Source of the DNA: an uncultured Lachnospiraceae bacterium
GTDB lineage: Bacteria > Bacillota > Clostridia > Lachnospirales > Lachnospiraceae
Assembly: GCA_910585215.1 (NCBI GenBank)
Contig: CAJUDQ010000008.1
Span: forward strand, 14,663-78,662
DNA: 64,000 nucleotides
Direction of reading: 5' to 3'
Shown: positions 14,865 through 24,905 of the stretch, piece after piece
Layout: every line of letters begins with the position of its first letter
How positions within the stretch are numbered: the first letter of the stretch is position 1
The notes under the pieces: model-generated
Databases searched by the model: none
What the model saw: only the letters and a program-made list of their open reading frames with translations
What the model was told of the DNA's origin: nothing
Made by a program: the position numbers and the translations under genes

Positions 14865-16712
14865 TTATAAATCCTTTCTCATTTGTTGCAATAACATTTC
14901 AAAATATTCTTTTTTCATTTGTTCATTAACCAAATAAAAATCTACTTTTTCCGTTCCTAGATAATTTTGAGGTATCAATTCAAGTTTAATATCATCCTTC
15001 TTAATAGCAATATTTTGACATATCCCTACTTCTTGTTTTGGAATAATATCATTTATTATATATTCTTTTATTTTCGATGAATATATATCTAATTCACTCT
15101 TTGCGTTATTATGAACTCGTCTCTTTTTATGTTTCTTAAATCCATCATTAGTTATTTTCAACCATAAAATTTCCTTTTCTATAGGATGTGGGATGCCTTT
15201 TTTTATAATTACTCCTATAGATTCTACTGATGCTTGAGGATAGAATAACTCTTGGGGAAAAGAAATAACTGAAACTAACATATTATTTTTCAATAAATTT
15301 TTTCTCCAATTAAAATCTGCTCCCGAATACATGACTGAGACAGGCAATACAGCAAATAACAGTCCATTATTTTGCATCTGGTTCAAAGCATAATCAATAA
15401 AAACATGTTCTTGTTCATCACCCTTTTTTAGAGCAAAGGGCGGATTCATCAATGTTTTTGTTACTGGTGGTCTTGAATTTTTCTCATGTATATATTTTGC
15501 ACTCAAATCGCCATTCCTTTCATGTCTCTGAAGGTTTATAGCAAAACAATTCTCGTTAATAATATTATTTTTTCCATCACCTCTAAAAATCATATTTACA
15601 ATAGCTAGAACTGCAACACTAGCTTGCTGTTCAATTCCAAAAATTTTATGCTTTTTAAAATATTGTATATGTTCTGGATATTCTAACTTTACTTTATCAT
15701 ATGCAGCAACTAAAAATCCGCCTGTTCCACAAGCAGGGTCAAAAATAATATCTGAAGCATTAATATCCAAAATTTGGCACGCAAAATTTGTAATATGTCT
15801 AGGGGTTAAAACAATTCCTATATCTTTGGCTCCATTACCATATTTTAAAAATACTTCATAAAACTTTCCTAGCACATCATTACTACTATTCATTGCCGCT
15901 TTAACATTTATTTTTCTTAATAAAAAGAATACTTTTACTATTGCTGCTTTATATTTGGCTTTAGCTGAGTTTTCTTGAGGAAGCTTCAACTCTATTTGTT
16001 CAGCATATTCTCTTTTTGAATGCTCTATTAACACATCTTCTGCTCTATTATTTATATCTTTGATAAAAACTTCTGGTGAAGCATCAAAATTAGGCAATGT
16101 ATCAGAAATCATAGAAAGTAACACAGATGCCATAACTGACGATCTTTGGTCTTTATTTATGGATGCTTTATGCAACTCTTCATTAATTTCCTCAGCAATA
16201 TCCAATAAAATATTTTCTTCTTCAATAAGTTCATTTAATTGATTTGTTCGATTTTCTACTAAATACTTTGCCTGTTCAACAGATAAAAGACTTGTTATTT
16301 CTTTATCATTATACATTACAGATTTGATTTCTCCATTACCAAATATAACTGCTGTTTTTATTAGATATTTATCAACTTCATTCCCCGCAACACCACTCAC
16401 AATAAAGGCTCTACACATTGGATTCTTATTTATACATTGAGCATATTCTACAGCCTCACTGAATGCTTGTTCTAATTGTGCATGCATAGCCTTGGCTTCT
16501 ATTACCCAAAAAACATCCTCTTCTACTTTAACAACATATTCTGGTTTTTGTCTACCTAAATATGGACCTATTAAAATATTATCTAAACATTCTTGTTGAG
16601 TATATAATTGTCCCTGAGGATCTCTCTCTGGATTCTTTATATTCCAATTTAATTTTTCCAAATCATTTCTAATATAGACATATGATGAAAACTCAGAATT
16701 TCTACTAGCCAT
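14865..16712 (-). CDS. Fused PD-(D/E)XK endonuclease and N6-adenine DNA methyltransferase (type IIB/IIG, BcgIA-like)
   Basis: The ORF runs 14865-16754. ATG 16712 (MASRNSEF...) has AAGGAG upstream. The N-terminus has PEYVVKVEEDVFWVIEAKA (ExK). Motif I is FDPACGTGGFLVAA and motif IV is LMNPPFALKKG. Confidence 0.8.
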   Translation of the reverse strand: MASRNSEFSSYVYIRNDLEKLNWNIKNPERDPQGQLYTQQECLDNILIGPYLGRQKPEYVVKVEEDVFWVIEAKAMHAQLEQAFSEAVEYAQCINKNPMCRAFIVSGVAGNEVDKYLIKTAVIFGNGEIKSVMYNDKEITSLLSVEQAKYLVENRTNQLNELIEEENILLDIAEEINEELHKASINKDQRSSVMASVLLSMISDTLPNFDASPEVFIKDINNRAEDVLIEHSKREYAEQIELKLPQENSAKAKYKAAIVKVFFLLRKINVKAAMNSSNDVLGKFYEVFLKYGNGAKDIGIVLTPRHITNFACQILDINASDIIFDPACGTGGFLVAAYDKVKLEYPEHIQYFKKHKIFGIEQQASVAVLAIVNMIFRGDGKNNIINENCFAINLQRHERNGDLSAKYIHEKNSRPPVTKTLMNPPFALKKGDEQEHVFIDYALNQMQNNGLLFAVLPVSVMYSGADFNWRKNLLKNNMLVSVISFPQELFYPQASVESIGVIIKKGIPHPIEKEILWLKITNDGFKKHKKRRVHNNAKSELDIYSSKIKEYIINDIIPKQEVGICQNIAIKKDDIKLELIPQNYLGTEKVDFYLVNEQMKKEYFEMLLQQMRKDL

Positions 16713-16775
16713 CTTTCTTTTCTCCTTAGTTTTACTTCTATTAATAAGTTCCACCTAGTTTTGGACAAAACAGTT

Positions 16776-17097
16776 CCGTAATAATAAGTCAACGCATCTT
16801 TTATCGCTTCCACTTTCTCCACCATTGGATACTTTCTCAGCTGTTTCAATTCCTCTACCACATTAGGAGTATCATACATCGGCAATCCTAATTCCCTCTT
16901 TACCTCTGCGATATATGTGGTATGTATTTTAAAGCCATATTTCGCTTCTATGTACTCTTTAACCATCCTGTAGGTGATTCGCTCCTTCGGCTTTTTACGA
17001 TATTATCAATCGGCATTCTGCTTTCGCCCTTTCCTAGCTCCACTGTTACGTTGATTACGCTGTAGGTTTTTTGTAGGAAAGCATTACTACCGTCCCT
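16776..17097 (-). pseudogene. Degenerate second copy of the small module-head gene
   Basis: Aligns with 13721-14059 at nucleotide level. It has a 1-nt deletion after codon ~7 (aaaaaacct-acagcgtaa against aaaaaacccgacagcgtaatc) and a ~12-nt deletion near 16990. The ORF-track piece 16649-16966 (MVKEYIEAKYGFKIHTTYIAEVKRELGLPMYDTPNVVEELKQLRKYP...) reads through into the methyltransferase start. Confidence 0.65.
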
Positions 17098-17144
17098 ACA
17101 TAATTAGTATAAAGAAACATATCTATCATCTCAATTTTTCCCTC

Positions 17145-18002
17145 TTAATATCTATATATATGTAAAAAATACATCTTCCCATAAGCACTCCTAATCACCC
17201 CGCCAGAAAGTAAATGTTTCTTCACATTTCTTTGAAGAGAAGTTTTTTCAGGAAGTTTTTGTAAATCAGCAGCTTTTGTATGAAATAGCCATTCCATAAA
17301 TTCCATATCCACTTCACCTTCATCAACTATTTCAAAACGGTTTTGGAAACGGACAATATTCGATTCTTCATTCAACATATTCTGCAACTGTTTATCAAGC
17401 AACCAAGAATGACAATGATATTCTGCATTTTCCAATTCCGGATAATATCTCTTGAAAAATTCCTTAGCCTCTGCTACTGATTTATCTACAGCAGCTGGTG
17501 AAAAATCAGCATCAGAGGGAATATGAATAGAAATAACAACTGTATCATCCATATGCTTCATTTCATATTCAAGCGCACCAATTCGAAACAAATGCCCGCC
17601 AGACTGACGAGCAGTCCACCAATCTCTGTTAAAATATAACTTCCCCATCATTTCATAAGTTTCATCTATAAATCTTGTATAGCACTTCATTGTATCAAAA
17701 TAGATATCATCACTTATTCCTTTTAACTGATAAATATCATGGATATCAGCAGATGCTTTCAACATACAGGCAAGTATTTTTATACCATCAACATCTTCTC
17801 CAAGAATAGCCCGTAACTCTGTTCGTGCATCCTTCATTTTTTCATATATTAAAAATTCTTTTAACTGTTTCTCAACTGTATCAAAGTTAAAATTGTTACA
17901 AAAATCAATCACACGATTTTTTATTTCCGGCTGCAAATTGATTTGCGTGCAAAGAGTGAAAATATCCATTTGCTCAATCTCCCACAGTGAACTGTCTGTC
18001 AC
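17145..18002 (-). CDS. Hypothetical protein (possibly the DUF5596/acyltransferase-like family); first core-like gene right of the island
   Basis: 285-aa ORF with higher GC than the island. The family assignment is from memory only (FNRDWWTARQSGGHLFRIGALEYE). Confidence 0.3.
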   Translation of the reverse strand: MTDSSLWEIEQMDIFTLCTQINLQPEIKNRVIDFCNNFNFDTVEKQLKEFLIYEKMKDARTELRAILGEDVDGIKILACMLKASADIHDIYQLKGISDDIYFDTMKCYTRFIDETYEMMGKLYFNRDWWTARQSGGHLFRIGALEYEMKHMDDTVVISIHIPSDADFSPAAVDKSVAEAKEFFKRYYPELENAEYHCHSWLLDKQLQNMLNEESNIVRFQNRFEIVDEGEVDMEFMEWLFHTKAADLQKLPEKTSLQRNVKKHLLSGGVIRSAYGKMYFLHIYRY

Positions 18003-18079
18003 TTAATTTTGTTTCAAATAAAATACTGTATATTTTCTTTCATACTTTCAAAAATCATACAACATTTTTCCCCATATTT

Positions 18080-19258
18080 TTAATGATGAAACAGCCGAAT
18101 CCCTGTAAACGCCATTACCATATCATATTTATCCGCACACTCAATCACCAAATCATCTCTTACGGACCCTCCCGGCTGCGCGATATATTTCACACCACTC
18201 TTATGTGCCCTTTCAATATTATCAGAAAACGGGAAAAATGCATCTGAACCACAGATAACATCCTGATTCTTATCCAGCCATGCTCTCTTCTCCTCTGCCG
18301 TAAATACCGGAGGCTTCTCCTTAAATATCTTCTGCCATGCACCATCAGCAAGCACATCCATATATTCATCGCCAATATACAAATCTATCGCATTATCTCT
18401 GTCTGCACGTCCCAGTTTCTCCACAAACTTCAGTCCCAAAACCTGCGGCGACTGACGCAGAAACCAGTTATCCGCCTTCTGTCCTGCCAGTCTGGTACAA
18501 TGAATCCTTGACTGTTGTCCTGCACCGATTCCTATTGCCTGCCCGTTCTTTACATAACACACAGAATTTGACTGTGTATACTTTAAAGTAATCAGTGAAA
18601 TCTTCATATCAATCAGCGCAGATGCCGGTATTTCCTTATTCTTTGTCACAATATTCGACAACAAATCTCCATTGACATCCAGCTCATTGCGCCCCTGCTC
18701 AAATGTTATGCCAAACACCTGCTTTTTCTCCAGCTCTGCCGGCACATAAGAAGGGTCTATCTGAATTACATTATAATTTCCTTTCTTCTTTTCTTTTAGC
18801 AGCGCCAGCGCCTCATCTGTATATCCCGGCGCAATCACTCCGTCAGAAACCTCCCGCTTAATCAGCCTCGCAGTATCCACATCACAAACATCAGACAGCG
18901 CAATAAAATCTCCAAACGACGACATTCTGTCTGCTCCTCTTGCCCTTGCATAAGCACTTGCAAGTGGTGAAAGGTCTCCTAAATCATCTACCCAGTAAAT
19001 TTTTGCCAGCGTGTCATCCAGAGGAAGTCCTACTGCTGCTCCTGCCGGTGAAACATGCTTAAAAGATGTTGCTGCCGGAAGCTTTGTTGCTGCCTTTAGT
19101 TCCGAAACAAGCTGCCAGCCGTTAAATGCATCAAGAAAGTTAATATATCCTGGTTTCCCGTTTAACACTGTCACTGGAAGCTCACTTCCATCCTCCATAA
19201 AAATTCTTGAAGGCTTCTGATTTGGATTACATCCATATTTTAACTGAATTTCGTTCAT
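18080..19258 (-). CDS. purH: AICAR transformylase-only PurH-type enzyme (phosphoribosylaminoimidazolecarboxamide formyltransferase)
   Basis: 392 aa. MNEIQLKYGCNPNQKP...FKHVSPAGAAVG...GIGAGQQSRIHCTRLA...ICGSDAFFPFSDNIERAHKSGVKYIAQPGGSVRDD, the AICARFT domain without an MGS/IMPCH domain. Confidence 0.85.
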   Translation of the reverse strand: MNEIQLKYGCNPNQKPSRIFMEDGSELPVTVLNGKPGYINFLDAFNGWQLVSELKAATKLPAATSFKHVSPAGAAVGLPLDDTLAKIYWVDDLGDLSPLASAYARARGADRMSSFGDFIALSDVCDVDTARLIKREVSDGVIAPGYTDEALALLKEKKKGNYNVIQIDPSYVPAELEKKQVFGITFEQGRNELDVNGDLLSNIVTKNKEIPASALIDMKISLITLKYTQSNSVCYVKNGQAIGIGAGQQSRIHCTRLAGQKADNWFLRQSPQVLGLKFVEKLGRADRDNAIDLYIGDEYMDVLADGAWQKIFKEKPPVFTAEEKRAWLDKNQDVICGSDAFFPFSDNIERAHKSGVKYIAQPGGSVRDDLVIECADKYDMVMAFTGIRLFHH

Positions 19259-19338
19259 AATTCTGCTCCTTTTCTTCTAATTATTTTGTATAAATTCCCG
19301 CCTGTCTTTTCCAAATTATACTCCTTATCCCCACACCC

Positions 19339-20055
19339 TTATTTATTTTTATTTATAATTCTTGTTTCATATGCTCCGCTTTCAATATCAATAAATCTCA
19401 CAAACAGCGATACTCGGTTATCCTCATTCAAATTTGTCCATATTACATTTGCCACAGTATCAATATCATCACTTCTTATTTCCACAAGCTTCGGCTCACC
19501 CTCGAAACTTGGCAGCGGATTTCCGTCATGCATGTAAGTATGCAGAAAACGCCCCTCGCCTGCCAGAGGATTATCATAAGAAAATGTATATCTGTTGCAG
19601 CAGTCCGGATTTCCATTATCACTTTTCAAAATAGACATGGAATATTCAAATTTTCCATTCTCCACCTGAAGAATACTTGAAATTCTTGGAGTGAAATTTG
19701 GACCATCCGGCTCAAATTCACGCGTTCTCAACGCCTGCTCAAATGTAAGTCCCTCGCTCATTTTTTCATAAATTGTATCTGTCTGGTCGCCGTTTGTCAC
19801 AATCGTCTGATTTCCCATTACTCTCACCGGCGCATAGATAATCAGACTTGGGTCCTCCAATTTCGAAGGGTCAAACGCCTGTGTACGGATTCCTTCTCCA
19901 TCCTCTACAAATACTCTGTTTCTGCTGTTTGAACTTCTCCCCATAATAAAATACGCCATAACTGCCGTCTTTCCGTCTTTTGACCTTCCAATCAAAATTC
20001 CTCTGCCCGGATATGCGTTTTCCTTTAACTCATGATACAATGACATTTTTTTCAT
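19339..20055 (-). CDS. purO: IMP cyclohydrolase, PurO (archaeal) type
   Basis: The ORF track extends to 20268. The upstream 71 codons overlap the ZTP riboswitch and are rejected. ATG 20055 (MKKMSLYHELKENAYPGRGILIGRSKDGKTAVMAYFIMGRSSNSRNRVF...) has GAGAGGAAAG upstream. Confidence 0.8.
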   Translation of the reverse strand: MKKMSLYHELKENAYPGRGILIGRSKDGKTAVMAYFIMGRSSNSRNRVFVEDGEGIRTQAFDPSKLEDPSLIIYAPVRVMGNQTIVTNGDQTDTIYEKMSEGLTFEQALRTREFEPDGPNFTPRISSILQVENGKFEYSMSILKSDNGNPDCCNRYTFSYDNPLAGEGRFLHTYMHDGNPLPSFEGEPKLVEIRSDDIDTVANVIWTNLNEDNRVSLFVRFIDIESGAYETRIINKNK

Positions 20056-20164
20056 TTCTTTCCTCTCTTTCTGCCATTTCGGCATGTAAAATTTTTGGTT
20101 TTGACATGCAAACAACCTAAGCCACCTTTCAGACTGCTTATAGGAAATTTGCGAAACACTTTCA

Positions 20165-20296
20165 TGTAAAATAAAAATACCGGCCTTCTGGGCGCACAAA
20201 TTCGTACACGCCCAGGCGGTCGGCATTTTTTTATTCGTACTCCCTACAGGTTCCCCTGCTGCTGACATTGTCAGCTTTTCCGCCAGTCATACGAAC
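20165..20296 (-). ncRNA. ZTP (pfl-motif) riboswitch with an intrinsic terminator expression platform
   Basis: Minus strand reads TTCGTATGACTGGCGGAAAAGC...GCAGGGGAACCTGTAGGGAGTACGAA - linker - CCGACCGCCTGGGCG. The terminator stem is CTGGCG...: CTGGGCG(20215-20209)/CGCCCAG(20194-20188), extended by ACCG/CGGT and followed by ATTTTTATTTT. The terminator 5' arm overlaps the conserved CCGCCTGGGC pseudoknot segment. Confidence 0.8.
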
Positions 20297-20374
20297 AGAT
20301 ATATTTAATATACATGAAAATCATAAATATTTCAAGAACTTTTTAGGAAAATTTGTTATTATCTGGTATATCAT

Positions 20375-22324
20375 TTATTGCAAAATCATACTTGTTCTGT
20401 CGATTACTTCCTGTACCCTGTTTGCAATCTCTGATACCTTCAGCATTGTTTCCTGTATGCCTCTGCCCTTATCGGAAGACAGATTCACATTGTCTATTGT
20501 TGTGTTTACCACCTTCATCAGCTCCGCAATTTCATTGTTAAAATTTTCCACTACAACATTTACCTTGTCAATCGCCTGATGAATCCCTTGGTCATTCTCC
20601 TTTGCGCTTCCCACAGATGCCTTTGAATTTTCCGACAATTCTCTGATATTTGTCGCTACCACGGAAAATCCTCTTCCTACTTCTCCTGCTCTTGCCGCCT
20701 CAATTGCTGCATTTAATGAAAGCAGATTTATCTTTCCTGCTATTTTTTCCACATCCTGTGTCATCTGATTATATTTTTGAATATTTTGATTAATATCCTT
20801 CATGGAATCCACAATATTCTGATTCAGCGTATTTAATTCTCCCATATGCTCCACAACAGTTCCCATATTGTCTGTACTGTTCTGTCCTGATTCCCAGATT
20901 TGGGCCGCCTGCTCCTTTACCAGCAGAATATTATCTGTAAGTTCTCCAAAAATCGTCAAAAGCTCCTGATTCATTGAGAGTACTTCTGTATTTACCTCCG
21001 CTACCTTCTGGCGCTCCTTACGGACCATTTTCATCATATACTGATTGCAGTTTTCCTTTTCATTAATTCCCCTCGCCAGTGCTGCTGCCATCTCACGGCA
21101 CGATGCATATCCACATGCATGACAGTCAAAGTTTCGCTCTGTATCCGTATATTTTTCCATTTCCTGATAAGACTGTTCTATCATCTTTTCAGACACCTTG
21201 ATTCTCTGTACATTGTGTGGTCTATACTGCCGTATAAAATCCTCCAGCTTCAGATTTTTGTCAAAATCTGCAAACTGTTTATCCACACCCTTTTTGGTCA
21301 TATTTGCTCGACGAACTTTTCTGGCATAAGTTTCCACATGATGCATAATATCATTCATCTCAAACCGCTGATAATGAACTCCTGTCGCTGGACCCCCATT
21401 GCATCCTGTCTCACAGTTCAGCACATCAAACACATCCGGCAAAAACTCCTGTTTCTGGTCCAGATAAAGGTCCAAATCATGATACAGCCTGTTTGCTCCT
21501 TCCGAGGTAATTACTTCCATTTCAGGATTGTGAATCAGAAGATTTTTCATCAGTCCGCCCGGCTTTGGATAAATCGCTCCCTCCAATCCCTGATATTCAT
21601 CAAATTCAAATTCACTGTATATTTTTATTTTCGGAAGCTCCACTCCTGTTTTTTCAAAGTACGTTTTTAAATGTGCCATTGTAACATTGTAATCAATCAG
21701 TCCTGTTTCATGAAATTCATCTACCTTTGCGATACAAGGTGACAAAGCGGCTATTTTTCCCTTAAATCCCAGCACTTTCTTAATATAAACCGCCAGACAT
21801 GCCATCGGGCTGTGTACTGGTGACAGATTTTTCAGAAGTTCCGGCTTATGGCGCAACACATAATTTACCACTGCCGCACATGGCTGTGAAATCAGCTTCG
21901 CACCCGAATGAGCCTGAAGATATCTGATATGCGCCCATGTACAGATATCCGCACCATAGGATACATCATAAATCTTTTCGATTCCCTGATTTCTAAGCCA
22001 CTGCAGAACATGTCGCCAGTTTCCGTCAAACGCAATCTTTATCGAAGGCGCCGCAATCACTGCAATTTCCTTTTTCGCTTTCAAATCCTCCAGAAATGCA
22101 TCAATATCATCTTCAAAGCTACGGGAGCCATGTGAGCAGGTGCGGATACATTCTCCGCAGCGAATACATTTCTCATCGTCAATCAGAATACGAAGCTTTC
22201 CTTCTTCATCTTTTCTGGCAATATTTGCATCCTCCACTGGACAGGCACGCACACATGCATTACAACCTACACATTTATCCTTATCTACATTAATAACACT
22301 CATTTTATACTGTTCTTCCTCCAT
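20375..22324 (-). CDS. [FeFe]-hydrogenase-like domain fused to a methyl-accepting chemotaxis (MCP) signalling domain
   Basis: 649 aa. 2x[4Fe-4S] ferredoxin motifs: [12 protein letters not shown] and [12 protein letters not shown]-cluster-like motifs: [18 protein letters not shown] and [11 protein letters not shown]. It also has CHACGYASC. The MCP signalling region is [37 protein letters not shown]. An alternative start is ATG 22303 (MSVINVDK). Confidence 0.75.
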   Translation of the reverse strand: MEEEQYKMSVINVDKDKCVGCNACVRACPVEDANIARKDEEGKLRILIDDEKCIRCGECIRTCSHGSRSFEDDIDAFLEDLKAKKEIAVIAAPSIKIAFDGNWRHVLQWLRNQGIEKIYDVSYGADICTWAHIRYLQAHSGAKLISQPCAAVVNYVLRHKPELLKNLSPVHSPMACLAVYIKKVLGFKGKIAALSPCIAKVDEFHETGLIDYNVTMAHLKTYFEKTGVELPKIKIYSEFEFDEYQGLEGAIYPKPGGLMKNLLIHNPEMEVITSEGANRLYHDLDLYLDQKQEFLPDVFDVLNCETGCNGGPATGVHYQRFEMNDIMHHVETYARKVRRANMTKKGVDKQFADFDKNLKLEDFIRQYRPHNVQRIKVSEKMIEQSYQEMEKYTDTERNFDCHACGYASCREMAAALARGINEKENCNQYMMKMVRKERQKVAEVNTEVLSMNQELLTIFGELTDNILLVKEQAAQIWESGQNSTDNMGTVVEHMGELNTLNQNIVDSMKDINQNIQKYNQMTQDVEKIAGKINLLSLNAAIEAARAGEVGRGFSVVATNIRELSENSKASVGSAKENDQGIHQAIDKVNVVVENFNNEIAELMKVVNTTIDNVNLSSDKGRGIQETMLKVSEIANRVQEVIDRTSMILQ

Positions 22325-22333
22325 AAAGCAATT

Positions 22334-24430
22334 TTACGATTCTTTCTGAATCTCTATAATATCATATCCATATTTCTCCAAATGAAGAGTCTGTGTCATG
22401 GCTTCCCCTGCGATTTTTTCCCCGCTTATCAGGCTGACAGGTGAACTGTTCCTAACACTATCTTCAAGCTCTATTTCCTGTGGACCTTCACTGTAATTCA
22501 TAAAAAACAGATATTCTTTATCCTCACTGCAGCGTCTGGTTATAGAAACTCCCTTTTTCATTTCTTTTACCGGCGGTGTCGAAATACCAATTGTTTTTAC
22601 TAATGAATGATAAAATTCCTGAAGAAAATCATCCTCTGTCCGTGTGGCAATATAATAACAGGTTCCCTTTCCATACGAATGTTTTGTGACAGCCGGCATT
22701 CCCTTATAAAAATCATCTCCATAGCATGCAATTACCTCTGTTCCTTCTTTCGCATGAATAATTTCACAAAAATCTCTGCATTTATAAGAAGTATTTTTAA
22801 AATATTTGGCATATTCCTCTTTTACCTGTATCTGATTTACATCTGTACCATATAAAGGGTCTATTTCCTCTGCCCAGATACCTGCTGCCTCCATCAGTCC
22901 GTCTCCCGGAAAACCGCCCATAAAGCAGCGGTCTGTCTCATCTACATTTCCAGTGCAGTAGGTAAATACTACATTTCCGCCATTATATATGTATTTTTTG
23001 ATTCGTTCCGCCGTTTGGGGCTTCAGCATATAAAGCATTGGAGCTACCACCAGCTTATAGCCGGTCAGTTCCTGCGTCATATCATTCACATCTGTGGAAA
23101 TTCCCATATTCCAGAATGCCCTGTGATGCTTTTTACAGGTCTGCTCATAATTTCTTCTATCATTCAACCCCTGAAGATTATCAATTGCCCATCGGTTTTC
23201 CCAGTCATAAATAACTGCTACCTCTGTATCCGGAGATGTACCCACAATCTTATCCAGCTTTTTTAAATTTTCACCAAGCTTCGCCACCTCACGAAATACC
23301 CTTGTATCTTCCTTTCCATAGTGGTCTACCACTGCCCCGTGAAATTTTTCACTTGCTCCGCGGCCTTTTCTCCACTGAAAATACTGTACACTGTCTGAAC
23401 CATGTGCAACTGCCTGTATAGACGCCAGTTCATGTACTCCCGGTCTTTTTAACTTACATACCCTCTGCCAGTTTACCTGACTTGGTGTGCTTTCCATAAG
23501 AAGAAACGGTTTGTGCTTTAAAGAACGGTTTAAATCATGAAGAAATGCTGTCCTTGCCGCAGTATCTGCAAAGGATTCATAATCATTATGCCAGTCCGGA
23601 TAGCTGTCCCATGACACAACATCAATATACTTTGACAAATACCACTGGTCAAATCCCGGAAATGTTCCCATAAGATTTGTAGTAACCGGAATATCCGGTG
23701 TAATTTCTTTTAACGGTCTTATTTCATTTTTCATAAACTCTGTTGTCTGATAAGTAACAAAGCGCATCCAGTCAATGTTCAGTCCATGAATTTCCATTTC
23801 TCCATGTGGACATGGAGATTCAATTTCGTCAAAATCTGAAAACTCATGACTCCAGAATCTTGTCCACCATCTGCTGTTCAACTCATGAATATCATTGTGA
23901 TACCTGTTTTTCAGCCATTCCCGAAAAGCATTCTGACACAGTGGACAATGACATTCTCCTCCATATTCGTTGGATATATGCCAGAGTTTTAAAGCTTTTC
24001 GTTTCCCATAACGCTCTGCCAGCATCTTATTCATCTGTGCAGTTTTTTCTCTGTAATATGGAGCTGTATAACAATGATTGTGTCTCTCTCCATGAAGATT
24101 TCTTGTACGGTCTGAGTTCATGCGAAGCACCTCAGGATGATTTTTGTCCATCCATGCCGGTCTTGCCCCTGAAGGGGTAGCCAGAAATGCACCGATTCCA
24201 TTTGCTTCCAGCCGTTCAAAAAGCTCATCCAGCCATTCAAAGGTATAAACTCCCTCCTCCGGCTCCAGTGCTTTCCATGCAAAAATACCAATAGAAACAA
24301 CATTGATACCGGCAAGCTTCATCAGTCTGACATCCTCCTTTAAAACTTCCGGCATATCAAGCCACTGGTCCGGATTATAATCTCCACCGTGAAGGATATG
24401 CGGCATATCCTTTATAATTGGTTCAAACAT
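22334..24430 (-). CDS. GH42 beta-galactosidase
   Basis: 698 aa. HGGDYNPDQWLDMPEVLKEDVRLMKLAGINVVSIGIFAWKALEPEEGVYTFEWLD...WHISNEYGGECHCPLC..., typical of GH42. Confidence 0.9.
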   Translation of the reverse strand: MFEPIIKDMPHILHGGDYNPDQWLDMPEVLKEDVRLMKLAGINVVSIGIFAWKALEPEEGVYTFEWLDELFERLEANGIGAFLATPSGARPAWMDKNHPEVLRMNSDRTRNLHGERHNHCYTAPYYREKTAQMNKMLAERYGKRKALKLWHISNEYGGECHCPLCQNAFREWLKNRYHNDIHELNSRWWTRFWSHEFSDFDEIESPCPHGEMEIHGLNIDWMRFVTYQTTEFMKNEIRPLKEITPDIPVTTNLMGTFPGFDQWYLSKYIDVVSWDSYPDWHNDYESFADTAARTAFLHDLNRSLKHKPFLLMESTPSQVNWQRVCKLKRPGVHELASIQAVAHGSDSVQYFQWRKGRGASEKFHGAVVDHYGKEDTRVFREVAKLGENLKKLDKIVGTSPDTEVAVIYDWENRWAIDNLQGLNDRRNYEQTCKKHHRAFWNMGISTDVNDMTQELTGYKLVVAPMLYMLKPQTAERIKKYIYNGGNVVFTYCTGNVDETDRCFMGGFPGDGLMEAAGIWAEEIDPLYGTDVNQIQVKEEYAKYFKNTSYKCRDFCEIIHAKEGTEVIACYGDDFYKGMPAVTKHSYGKGTCYYIATRTEDDFLQEFYHSLVKTIGISTPPVKEMKKGVSITRRCSEDKEYLFFMNYSEGPQEIELEDSVRNSSPVSLISGEKIAGEAMTQTLHLEKYGYDIIEIQKES

Positions 24431-24502
24431 ATAAATCTCCTTTCCTCTTCCAAAATATTTATTATTTTATCATAGAAAACAGAGTACCACAAGAATTTTG
24501 TC

Positions 24503-24566
24503 AGAAAAAATACCGGCATTACATGTACAGTATCTTGACGGAAAACCACTGTACATTTCATGCCGG
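24503..24566 (-). terminator. Rho-independent terminator after the Coat-F gene pair
   Basis: Minus strand reads CCGGCATGAAATGTACAGT-loop-ACTGTACATGTAATGCCGG followed by TATTTTTTCT. Confidence 0.6.
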
Positions 24567-24629
24567 CTGTATTTCATGAAATGAGAAATATTATCAAATA
24601 AAAAGACTGCTTCATTAATTACAGTCCGC

Positions 24630-24893
24630 CTATTTTACACACTGGCTGTACTGCTGTTTCAGCTCCTGAACCTTATCTTCCTGTGCTGTCGGTGTCGGAT
24701 AAAGTCCCTGTTCATGCATCATATTAAATACATCCTGCTGAATCTGATGCTCCTGTCCCAGAATGTGCAGAAAAGTATTTCTTACCTCATCATGCACACA
24801 CTCATTTGAAAAAGTATTAAATGCATTTGTAGCCGCTTTCTCTGCTGCCAGTGCATCTCCAAGTATTTCTTTTTCTGTATAAATTCCTGCCAT
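24630..24893 (-). CDS. Spore coat protein, Coat F domain
   Basis: 87 aa. KEILGDALAAEKAATNAFNTFSNECVHDEVRNTFLHILGQEHQIQQDVFNMMHEQGLY matches the Coat_F pattern. Confidence 0.7.
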   Translation of the reverse strand: MAGIYTEKEILGDALAAEKAATNAFNTFSNECVHDEVRNTFLHILGQEHQIQQDVFNMMHEQGLYPTPTAQEDKVQELKQQYSQCVK

Positions 24894-24905
24894 TGTTGCT
24901 CCCTC

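Noticed and set aside
20056-20268. 71-codon N-terminal extension of the IMP cyclohydrolase ORF
   Set aside because: It overlaps the ZTP riboswitch and its terminator. The conserved protein begins at MKKMSLYHEL, which has an RBS.
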